The notes under the pieces: model-generated
What the model was told of the DNA's origin: nothing
The model's input: only the letters and a program-made list of their open reading frames with translations
The model's database searches: none
Shown here: piece after piece, positions 52,921-61,336 of the stretch
How the letters are laid out: each line of letters opens with the position of its first letter
Position numbering within the stretch: position 1 is the first letter of the stretch
Translations under genes and position numbers: made by a program
Assembly: GCA_012522695.1 (NCBI GenBank)
Contig: JAAYJX010000107.1
Location: forward strand, 22,408 to 86,407
DNA length: 64,000 nucleotides
Source: Erysipelotrichia bacterium
Lineage (GTDB): Bacteria; Bacillota_I; Bacilli_A; RFN20; CAG-826
Reading direction: 5' to 3'

Positions 52921-54479
52921 TAATTACCACCTCTTCCTTTTTCAAAACGATTATTTTCTAAAAAGTTCATATAATTTTCTGGTCTAAGTGGTTCACTATA
53001 ATAAAACCCTTGAATACAATTTGCTCCCATTGATTGAAGAAGACGGATTTGTTCATATTCTTGAACACCTTCAATTACGACATATGCTTCTAAAATATGG
53101 GCAATTTTAATAATTTCACGGACTAAACCGCGTGATTTTTCATCAATTTCTAAATCACTTAAGAAAGCACGATCAATTTTAATAATGTCAAAAGGAATAC
53201 GTTTAATATAACTAAGTGAAGAGAAGCCTGTGCCAAAGTCGTCAATTGCTACTTTAATATTTAAAGCTTTAATTTTTTTGACAACCGCTAACAAATATAA
53301 AACGTCATATGGTGAAGGCGATTCAACGATTTCTACTTCTAATAACATCGGATTAATTTTATATTTTTTAATTGTTTCTTCAATATAAGGAACAACATCA
53401 CTACTAAAAATCATCCGTTTGGATAAGTTAACTGAAATAGGTAAAAGTCTTTTGCCGTGATCTCGCCAATGAGCTAAACGCTGACAAACAAGATCAAAAA
53501 CGTATTTATCAATTTCAATAATTAAATCAGATTGTTCGGCTAAAGAAATAAAAGCCGCTGGTGAAATTACACCACGCTCAGGATGAATCCAACGAAGTAG
53601 GGCTTCACTTGAAACAAAACGTTTAAGTTTTAAGTCGTATTTTGGTTGAAAGAAAACTTCAAATTCTTTTTTCTTTAAACCTTCTTCAATATCACGAGCT
53701 AAACCAACGTTACGTTCGCTTTTTTTAAACATTGAATCATTAAAAATAAAAATACCGCCGCGATCTGTATTAAGACGACCAAAATCACTTGCAATTAAAG
53801 CTGTTTGAAATAAACTTTCAGCCGAAGAGGTTTCTTTATTACGAATTGATAAACCATAGTGAGGATTAAAATCAATATTAACTTTTTCTTCACTTAAAAG
53901 ATGGTTAATATGTTCACTAAGTTTTTCTAAAGATTGTTGCATTTTCTTTTCGTTATATTTTGGAATAAAAAGTAAGAAGTTATCTGAATAATCATATCCA
54001 TAAAGTAATTTGGGATATTGTTTTTTTAATTCATCAATTGCTAAAAAAACCATACTAATAACTTTTGATTCTTTTTCATAACCATAACGTAAGAAAACTT
54101 CTTTTTTAAATTTAAACGTTGAAAAAGCAATTGCGACTGCTTCTTCATATTCTTTCCGACGGAAAAATTTATTAATTTGTAAAATTAAATCTCTTTCATC
54201 TAAAATATTTTCCGCTAATGGAAATAAGTTAGTATTTAAAACACGTTTAACAGATACTTGTTGCGAACGAGAGTAATTAATTAAGGCAAAAACTAAAAAG
54301 GCAATGCTTGTCAAAGTTAAAATAACAATTGCAAGTATTTTGTAGGCTAAATTACCATCAATGACTATAAAAGAGTCAAATAGCCCAGCGCTAACAATAA
54401 TATTTACAATAAAAAAGATAATAAAGCCTAAAAAATATAAGCTATATCGTAATGGATAATTAGGATTCTTATTTTTCAT
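52920..54479 (-). CDS. Membrane-anchored degenerate-GGDEF/EAL phosphodiesterase
   Basis: Two N-terminal TMs; YSDNF at the GGDEF position; SEALLRW, IDDFGTGFSSL, IKID, EGV, IQGFY. Confidence 0.88.
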   Translation of the reverse strand: MKNKNPNYPLRYSLYFLGFIIFFIVNIIVSAGLFDSFIVIDGNLAYKILAIVILTLTSIAFLVFALINYSRSQQVSVKRVLNTNLFPLAENILDERDLILQINKFFRRKEYEEAVAIAFSTFKFKKEVFLRYGYEKESKVISMVFLAIDELKKQYPKLLYGYDYSDNFLLFIPKYNEKKMQQSLEKLSEHINHLLSEEKVNIDFNPHYGLSIRNKETSSAESLFQTALIASDFGRLNTDRGGIFIFNDSMFKKSERNVGLARDIEEGLKKKEFEVFFQPKYDLKLKRFVSSEALLRWIHPERGVISPAAFISLAEQSDLIIEIDKYVFDLVCQRLAHWRDHGKRLLPISVNLSKRMIFSSDVVPYIEETIKKYKINPMLLEVEIVESPSPYDVLYLLAVVKKIKALNIKVAIDDFGTGFSSLSYIKRIPFDIIKIDRAFLSDLEIDEKSRGLVREIIKIAHILEAYVVIEGVQEYEQIRLLQSMGANCIQGFYYSEPLRPENYMNFLENNRFEKGRGGN

Positions 54480-55251
54480 CTTCATCTCTCCTTTCTTCGC
54501 TTGAAGACCGCAGTTTTTCTTTTTCTTTTTCAATTAAAAGTTTGAGTTTTTCTTGCTGCTTAATTTTTTCAAATTCATCTAAGCCTTCAAAATCAACTGA
54601 AACTTTTTCTGTTTCTTCTTTGCGCTCTTTAACATTTTTAGAAATATCAAAAAGCGAGCTAATAAAAACGTATAAAAGAGGAACAAGACCAACGATAATA
54701 ATCGTAAAAGGATTGCGCGTAAATTTAACGAAAAGTCCTAAAGCTTTAGAGTTTTTAATCCAAACTCCTAAGACGTCTTCTTCTTTAATCGTGTCAATTC
54801 CTTTACCCGTGCTTTGATCGCACACACCATTAGGAAATTGAGAACAAGTTTCGGCATTTTTATTATCACCAAATGTTTTAAAAGTAAATTTACCATCATT
54901 TTCAATTTTTTCAATAACACGGTGAGTAATAATTAAGCCGTCACTTCGACGGAAATAAGTAATAATATCGCCATCCATTGCATCCTCACTACTAGGTCCT
55001 TTAATTTGATTAGCGGGGACGCGTTTAATAATAATACCAACATCAATCGGTAAAACTGGCTCCATCGAATCAGTTAAAACTGTCAGCATTTGATAATTAC
55101 CAAATCGTTGCACACCATGGTTACTTCTCGCCGTAATTAAACCAAAGACTTGAAAAAAGAGTAAAAGACCAGCAAGCGAACCTAAAACAATCGTTGTAAT
55201 TCTATTTACAAGTTTCTTTTTTGGTAACTTAACTTTTTCTTTCTTATTCAT
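54469..55251 (-). CDS. sipW: Signal peptidase I, SipW/ER-type (S26B)
   Basis: VLTDSMEP (catalytic Ser), GDIITY, ITHRV (His instead of Lys), TFGDN; N- and C-terminal TMs. Confidence 0.88.
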   Translation of the reverse strand: MNKKEKVKLPKKKLVNRITTIVLGSLAGLLLFFQVFGLITARSNHGVQRFGNYQMLTVLTDSMEPVLPIDVGIIIKRVPANQIKGPSSEDAMDGDIITYFRRSDGLIITHRVIEKIENDGKFTFKTFGDNKNAETCSQFPNGVCDQSTGKGIDTIKEEDVLGVWIKNSKALGLFVKFTRNPFTIIIVGLVPLLYVFISSLFDISKNVKERKEETEKVSVDFEGLDEFEKIKQQEKLKLLIEKEKEKLRSSSEERRDEDEK

Positions 55252-56647
55252 CTTCTTTCCTTCTCATTTTAGCAACATTAATAACTTGTTCGCGCGCTTT
55301 TGCTAAAAGGGCTTCTTCTTCTAATCGTAGTTTTTCTAATCTTTCTTTTTCTTTTTTTGCTAAAATAGCGTCTTGTTTACGTTTAGCAAGAAGTAATTTA
55401 CGTTGACGTTCTTTTTCTTTCTTTTCAAGAGCTTTAAGTGCGGCAAGTTTTTTTGCCTCTTCGCGTTTTTCTAAAGCAAGTTGACGTTCTTTAGCTCTTT
55501 CTTCAAGACGAAGTTGTCGACGTTTTTCAGCCGCTTCAGCCCGTTTAATTTTTGCTTCAATTTGGGCAAGTGTTTCTTTTTTAACATCAACGCCGAAGGT
55601 TACGCTTTTACCAATAATTTTATCGTCAGTTAAATCAACATCAAGACGAACTTTTTTAAAGCGAGGTTTATAAAAGTATTGTTTCTTTTTATCACTTGGC
55701 ATCGTATGGTCACTTCTAAGTGTTAAATAAGAACTTAACATTAATAAATGTAAATCATCTAAATAATCTTCTTTAAATTCAATATCGTTTTGGCTAAAGC
55801 GATATTCAATACCTAAGACGTCATAACGTGTAATAAAAAGCCAGAGACGATACGCTGCTTGATATTCATAATTAAGACGCATTATATTTGTTTGTTGGAC
55901 CGGATCACTAACTGGTGCGACTTTACGCATTTCAAGCATAAAGCGCGAAGTTGTTAAGTATGTAATCCGTTTACGAATATGAAGAAGACGGTCGAGTAAA
56001 TCAGCATTAGCGTGTCTTTTCCCATCATCATCACTAGGAACAACAATCCGCATCTTAGTTTCAAATTCATATGATACTTCGTCGATTTTCATTTCTGAAG
56101 TTAATTTAACAATATCACTATGCCGTGTATCACTATGTTCAGATATATATTTATATCTAAGTTCAATAAAAGCTTGAAGACGACGAACAAGCGTCATAAT
56201 AAAACGGTTTTCATATATTTTTAATTCATCATCCATAAACATATTTAAAACTCGTTTAGGTTCGATTGTTCCATCACTACCAACTGAGCGGATATTTTGT
56301 GTATTTTGTGACATATGTTCAATTGAACGTTGGGTAATCTTTTTCGCCTTTTCAACACCGACAACTTCGGCTGTTTCTTTAATAAAACGATGTGGATCAT
56401 TAACAATTGCTTCTAAAGAAGGAAGCGCTCTTTCAATTTCTAAAATAAAATCAGGTGCATAAGTTTTAACTTCACGACGCGACACACCGCCATAAGTATT
56501 TTTAGAAGCAGCAAAAATATTTAAAAGTTCATGATATTCTTCATCACTACTTGCTAAACGTTTTAAGCGTGAAAAATGTTTTTGTTTTAAATCTTTAATA
56601 ATTTCGCTAGGAGTTAATACGGGAGCGTCTTTTTTGGTTTTTGCCAT
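55244..56647 (-). CDS. DUF2357 (McrC N-terminal-like) protein with a long charged coiled-coil tail
   Basis: PKRVL...IYENRFIMTL...TNIMRLNYEYQAAYRLW; lies directly after the McrB-like gene; E/K/R-rich C-terminus. Confidence 0.7.
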   Translation of the reverse strand: MAKTKKDAPVLTPSEIIKDLKQKHFSRLKRLASSDEEYHELLNIFAASKNTYGGVSRREVKTYAPDFILEIERALPSLEAIVNDPHRFIKETAEVVGVEKAKKITQRSIEHMSQNTQNIRSVGSDGTIEPKRVLNMFMDDELKIYENRFIMTLVRRLQAFIELRYKYISEHSDTRHSDIVKLTSEMKIDEVSYEFETKMRIVVPSDDDGKRHANADLLDRLLHIRKRITYLTTSRFMLEMRKVAPVSDPVQQTNIMRLNYEYQAAYRLWLFITRYDVLGIEYRFSQNDIEFKEDYLDDLHLLMLSSYLTLRSDHTMPSDKKKQYFYKPRFKKVRLDVDLTDDKIIGKSVTFGVDVKKETLAQIEAKIKRAEAAEKRRQLRLEERAKERQLALEKREEAKKLAALKALEKKEKERQRKLLLAKRKQDAILAKKEKERLEKLRLEEEALLAKAREQVINVAKMRRKEDE

Positions 56648-56662
56648 GACTATCCTCCTTTA

Positions 56663-58183
56663 TTAACCTATTTTTAAATAATCTGAAATAATTCTTTGTG
56701 ATTGCCAAAAAACACCTTTACCAAATAATTTATCAAGTTCACTCGAAAGTTCTTTTAATTCATCGTGCATAAACGCTAAGTTAAGCGAAGTAAATTTCTT
56801 TAAAACTTTAGAAGCAAAAATAAAATCAAGTGCTTCGTTTTCTGTACCCCCGCAAGCAATATAGTTCGAAGTAAAAAGACGAAGTTGTCTTAAAATTCGA
56901 TTACCAAAAGCAATCCGAAAACGATCAGCAACAAGTTTATCTAAACGATCAAATTTTGTTAATGCTTCTTTACTAATTGGGTAATTTGTTTGAGCGTTAG
57001 CAAAAAGTTTTAAAAAATCAGCTGAAGAAATTGAAACACCTTCCGTATATTCAACTGAACATGCTTCAATTTTTTCATTTAAAGTAATACTAATTGCTCG
57101 ATCATAAACTTTATCAGTAATTGTAAAAGTTGAGTCATCATTATTTGCTGTACCGACAAACCAAAGGTTTTGGGAAATAAGTAATTTACCATTTTCTAAT
57201 TGTTTAGGATTAATATTATCGGCTGTTCTTGTAATTTGAACTTTCCATTCATCAACCGAAGGCATTTCCATAATTGAAAGAAAGTCAGCAAAATAATATT
57301 CAATACGCGCGAGGTTCATTTCATCAAGAATAATCATATTCGGTTCTTGACGGTAACTTGCTTCATAAATAGCTTGTAAAAATTCGGTTTCATTAAACTT
57401 TTTCGTAAATTCATTAAAATAACCGAGCATTTCTGTTCTTTCTCGCCAAGATGGTTGAACAGAACATATTACCGCGTCATGTTTAAAAAACTTACCAATT
57501 GCATATGGTAAAGAAGTTTTACCAGTTCCCGAAATACCTTCTAAAATAATAAACTTCGATGTTCCTAACGCCGCAAACATCGTCCGAACTGTGCTCATAT
57601 CATAATATAAACAAAGCTGAGAGGCGGCAAAACGGAAAAAACGATCAACAATTTGTTCTAAAGAAATACCAATATCACTAGGTGGAACTTCGACAGTTGT
57701 ATCTAAATCAGCATATTTAATATCTATTGCTCCCAATTTTGGAAAGGCTTCTAAAACACGACGGTCACTACCTTCACCATCTTCACCTTCTGGTTGAAGA
57801 CCAAAAGAATCAGCTTTAAGTTTTAAAATTTCATTTTTTTCTTGAATTGCTAAAAATAATTCTTTATTTAATTTTTGCACTTCATCAAGAAGTTTTTCTT
57901 TTGAAACACGGCGATTATTAAAAACAATAAGTTTACGAACTAAAAAATACATAACGTAACCAAGTGAACCAATAAGGGCAAAGACTAAAATAATAAAAAC
58001 GACGAAGAGAATCCAGCCTCCTGCGCCGAATTGATGATTGTATGTTTGAAAAATTAATTTGTATTGACCAAAGTCACTACCAACTCCATACCAAGGTTCA
58101 GCAAAAATCGTTGCTAAAAAATGGCCTAAGTTTTTAAATAAAGCTTCAAACAACTCTCGAATGTAATTAAAAAATGCACTCAT
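56663..58183 (-). CDS. McrB-like AAA+ NTPase with N-terminal membrane anchor and coiled coil
   Basis: ILEGISGTGKTSL, VQPSW, LGYFN, LDEMNLARIEYYF, GTANNDDST (NxxD), KVYDRA; hydrophobic segment at about aa 55-80. Confidence 0.85.
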   Translation of the reverse strand: MSAFFNYIRELFEALFKNLGHFLATIFAEPWYGVGSDFGQYKLIFQTYNHQFGAGGWILFVVFIILVFALIGSLGYVMYFLVRKLIVFNNRRVSKEKLLDEVQKLNKELFLAIQEKNEILKLKADSFGLQPEGEDGEGSDRRVLEAFPKLGAIDIKYADLDTTVEVPPSDIGISLEQIVDRFFRFAASQLCLYYDMSTVRTMFAALGTSKFIILEGISGTGKTSLPYAIGKFFKHDAVICSVQPSWRERTEMLGYFNEFTKKFNETEFLQAIYEASYRQEPNMIILDEMNLARIEYYFADFLSIMEMPSVDEWKVQITRTADNINPKQLENGKLLISQNLWFVGTANNDDSTFTITDKVYDRAISITLNEKIEACSVEYTEGVSISSADFLKLFANAQTNYPISKEALTKFDRLDKLVADRFRIAFGNRILRQLRLFTSNYIACGGTENEALDFIFASKVLKKFTSLNLAFMHDELKELSSELDKLFGKGVFWQSQRIISDYLKIG

Positions 58184-58239
58184 CTATTAACTCCAATAAT
58201 ATATGATAACTTTAGTTAAAGAAAAAATCACCCTTATTT

Positions 58240-59436
58240 TTAAATATCTTCTTCACTAGCAGCACTAAAGCGTAAGTTTGCACCGAACGATTTAGATCTA
58301 AGCTTGTTGCTAGAAAAGGCGTCCCAGCCTTCATACCAAATTTGAATTTTAATTTCGGCCACGCCTTTTGTGTCAGTTTTAGCAATTGGCTGACCATCAA
58401 TAAATTCGGCGCTATAAGTCGAAAAAATTGTATGTTCTTGAAGGGCTGGTTTGTAGTTAGGGTGATCAATTAATAAAGGGCGTACGCCTTGTAATGTCCC
58501 TGCTTGATGAAGCGAGGGGGTTATACTAGTTTCCAAAGGAATACTTTCAGTAGTAATATCCCCCCAATTACTTTCATCTAAAGGTTCTAAGAAATCGCCA
58601 TAAGCAATTTCATAACGTGAGCCAACTTCTGATTCATCATTTGGATTAATTTTAGATCCCTCAGGTGTGGCATCAAAAAATCCATCTTCATCTAAATCAA
58701 GGCGGCCCCCGACCGTTGTGTAATCATTTGTATCGCGACCCGGACTAATAATATCGCTCGTTAATTGGCTTTCAAAACCAAAACGCAAAACTTTCAGCAA
58801 TTCTTCGCTGCCATAAAATTCATTGTCCGCGCCGATGAAGATGCCATAATTAGCAACTCCACTTGATGATGTCTCACCATTAGTTGCTTTCGCTACCCGA
58901 AATAATATTGTAAAAGAAATAAATGTTTCTTTATCAGCGGGTATTATTTGTTTTGCTTGTGGACGAGAACTACCGGCAATTGGTTCTTGATATAAGTTAA
59001 TTGCATCACCTTTACTAAAACGTCGAGAAGTAATAGGCATAACTGCATTAGTAACCGAGAAACCATTGTGATAGATAATTTGTCGCAACGTTTGATTATT
59101 AACGACGTTGCTCGTCCAATAAACATAGCCGTCACCTTCAATTCCGTATTCATCTGGAACTAAAGAATATTTTTCTTGTTCATTAATCGAAATTGGTGTG
59201 GCGACACGAAAGCCTACTTCTCTTATGCCGACTTCTTCTTTATTTAAAAAGTCAAAGCCGATTGTCGTTGTGTTAGCTAAATATTCACCAATCGTATAGC
59301 CAAGATAAGAAATTAAGACAAACGCTGCTAAAACACTACTTGAAATCGAGGTTAAAATGATCGAACGTTTTTTACGCTTCTTATGATCATTAACTTCTTT
59401 TTCTATATTAATTTGACGCAAACGCAAGTCCTCCAC
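58240..59436 (-). CDS. Membrane-anchored secreted protein, divergent paralog of the SipW-substrate proteins
   Basis: KKRKKR plus TM; shares LRFG and IWYEGWD..SN motifs with the 60.4-63.8 kb paralogs. Start may be TTG 59421 after GGAGG. Confidence 0.7.
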   Translation of the reverse strand: MEDLRLRQINIEKEVNDHKKRKKRSIILTSISSSVLAAFVLISYLGYTIGEYLANTTTIGFDFLNKEEVGIREVGFRVATPISINEQEKYSLVPDEYGIEGDGYVYWTSNVVNNQTLRQIIYHNGFSVTNAVMPITSRRFSKGDAINLYQEPIAGSSRPQAKQIIPADKETFISFTILFRVAKATNGETSSSGVANYGIFIGADNEFYGSEELLKVLRFGFESQLTSDIISPGRDTNDYTTVGGRLDLDEDGFFDATPEGSKINPNDESEVGSRYEIAYGDFLEPLDESNWGDITTESIPLETSITPSLHQAGTLQGVRPLLIDHPNYKPALQEHTIFSTYSAEFIDGQPIAKTDTKGVAEIKIQIWYEGWDAFSSNKLRSKSFGANLRFSAASEEDI

Positions 59437-59633
59437 TTTCTTAATAGAAATAGTCTAAAGAGACATCTTTGTTCGGTAAATTCACCATGTTTTGATTCTA
59501 ACCCCATTACTTGTTAGAGATCACTTGTGAAAAGATGCCTTTCTCACTAACTTGTTTAGACTTGTTAGGAGTCCCTCTAAAGAATAAAACGATGCTAACC
59601 GAGAATTGCCCAGAATCAATTAGTTATCTTATT

Positions 59634-59714
59634 CTTTCGGCAACTGGCTACCATCGTTTTGAAGGCCCTATAGTTTTGCGTCGCTAAATTTCTTTAGTTT
59701 TGCCTTTTTCGGTA
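59634..59714 (-). promoter_or_regulatory. c-di-GMP-I (GEMM) riboswitch
   Basis: Minus strand GGCAAAACTAAAGAAATTTAGCGACGCAAAACTATAGGGCCT...TAGCCAGTTGCC: GGCAAA, GAAA-capped P2, GACGCAAA junction, 3' TGCC. Confidence 0.9.
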
Positions 59715-59717
59715 TTG

Positions 59718-59746
59718 ATTATATAACAACTCAATAATCTTGTAAA
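59718..59746 (-). promoter_or_regulatory. SigA-like promoter for the riboswitch-led operon
   Basis: TTTACA (59741-59746), 17 nt spacer, TATAAT (59718-59723), immediately upstream of the aptamer. Confidence 0.65.
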
Positions 59747-59851
59747 GCCTTTTAATCAAAATTAGTCATATTTCACTAAATTATTACATTTTACTATGTA
59801 AAGAATGCAAAAAGACATATACTTTATCCAGTTATAACAACCTTAAACATA

Positions 59852-59882
59852 AAGAAAAAACCACCTAGAGATGGCTTTTCTT
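59852..59882 (-). terminator. Probable terminator after the 59908-60267 gene
   Basis: Minus strand AAGAAAAGCCA-TCTCTAGG-TGGTTTTTTCTT. Confidence 0.55.
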
Positions 59883-59907
59883 CATCTATTAATAATATCT
59901 AAATTAA

Positions 59908-60267
59908 TTATTTTTCTTTTTTAGCCGCTAATTCTTTTTCAAGTTCTTCACGTGCTTGACGACGCGCTTCTTCTAAAAGTTCTTCGTGCGATAAAGCCGC
60001 TACAGCGCCTTCTTTTTCCGTCATTAATGATTTAACAAGTAAGAAGACATTAAACAAGAATAGAATGATTAAAGGCAATACAATTAAAACAAAGAACCAA
60101 ACAGGATTCATTTGTAACCATTTAATAAACATATTAGATGATTCCCCTAACGTAGTTAAGGCAACAATTGAAATAGTAACGAGAACAACGGTAAGTACGA
60201 TCTGTGCGATAACTAAAACCAAATTCAGCCAGCTAGGCAATTTAATTTTTGTTTTTTCTTTATTCAT
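59908..60267 (-). CDS. Small two-TM membrane protein with C-terminal coiled coil
   Basis: Two hydrophobic helices and EELLEEARRQAREEL; resembles the non-catalytic parts of SipW. Confidence 0.75.
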   Translation of the reverse strand: MNKEKTKIKLPSWLNLVLVIAQIVLTVVLVTISIVALTTLGESSNMFIKWLQMNPVWFFVLIVLPLIILFLFNVFLLVKSLMTEKEGAVAALSHEELLEEARRQAREELEKELAAKKEK

Positions 60268-60325
60268 ATATGAGCTCCATGCATATTAAAAAAATATATT
60301 CTTTACGATAAAACTATCTTAATAG

Positions 60326-60376
60326 AAAAAAACTAGGGTGTCAAATTAAATTTATTCGACAAGCCCTAGTTATTTT
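60326..60376 (-). terminator. Terminator after fibre-like paralog (copy 1)
   Basis: AACTAGGG...CCCTAGTT stem followed by a T run on the minus strand. Confidence 0.7.
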
Positions 60377-60406
60377 AGAAAACTACGTTATAAACTTTGT
60401 AAGAAA

Positions 60407-61300
60407 TTAAGCAATAACTGGTAATGCGTACATCTTAAGATCGATTTTAAAGACACCACCGATAGCAGCGTTAACTGCGTGTTCGTCTTCGCCTTCAATC
60501 CAAAAACGGAAAGTGACATCAACAGTTGGAGCAGCGGATGTAAGTGTAAGGAAGGGTTCATAATTGTCAGCAGCAGCTTCTGCTACAGTTGGGTAGTAAT
60601 CAAATGCAGCGCCTTCCACAACGTCAGTTAAAACTTCAGTGTCAAGATATTCTTTAACACCCCAAGCTTCATCTTGGTCATCACCAGTTTTGGTTAAATA
60701 ATTGTAAGTTGTTTCTGCTTCAGGTGAATAATGATAAAATGCAGCTCCACCTTTAATCGCGGCCATACGAACGGCTTTAACAGCAGCAACGTCTGCGGCA
60801 TCAGCGCTTGCAGCGGTAACTGCAGTGCCTGCGTCAAAATAAACGTTTAAATCATTTGTTGATTGTGCGCCTGAGCCACGAGCGATTGTTAATGTAAAGT
60901 CAATTAAATAACCATCGGCATCACCAGCAGCGGCTAATGTAATATCATCAATACGATCGGCAACTTGGCCTCCGCCATAGGTGTTGGCCTTCCAGACTGG
61001 TTTGTAAAAATCAATACCGTCGCCGGAAATGTCAGTAACCTTGTTACCGCCTGAAAGAACAACATTATTAACAGTTTTACCATCATTAACATAATCATTA
61101 GTTGTGGCAGTCATAGTGTTTAGGGATGAAACATAGTGAACACTTAAGTCATTATCTTGTGTTTCAACGGTTGCGCTACTATATGAGATAGATGCGCTAC
61201 GGACGGTTGTAAACCAAGCAAATGTTGAGCTGGTTGCAGCAATACCACTTAAAACAACGAGTCCCATAATTGTAAGTAATACTTTATTTTTCTTATTCAT
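60407..61300 (-). CDS. Secreted protein with SipW-type signal peptide (TasA/camelysin-like candidate)
   Basis: MNKKNK, hydrophobic stretch, STFAWF; acidic mature part rich in Thr/Val/Ala; FRFWIEGED. Confidence 0.8.
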   Translation of the reverse strand: MNKKNKVLLTIMGLVVLSGIAATSSTFAWFTTVRSASISYSSATVETQDNDLSVHYVSSLNTMTATTNDYVNDGKTVNNVVLSGGNKVTDISGDGIDFYKPVWKANTYGGGQVADRIDDITLAAAGDADGYLIDFTLTIARGSGAQSTNDLNVYFDAGTAVTAASADAADVAAVKAVRMAAIKGGAAFYHYSPEAETTYNYLTKTGDDQDEAWGVKEYLDTEVLTDVVEGAAFDYYPTVAEAAADNYEPFLTLTSAAPTVDVTFRFWIEGEDEHAVNAAIGGVFKIDLKMYALPVIA

Positions 61301-61336
61301 AATTTTAAATTCTCCTTTTGTAATGAATATTCTTTA

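Noticed and set aside
55244-58183. Conventional McrBC restriction system
   Set aside because: No DNA-reader domain on the NTPase, no recognisable nuclease motif on the partner, and no defence-island context. A defence role is not formally excluded.
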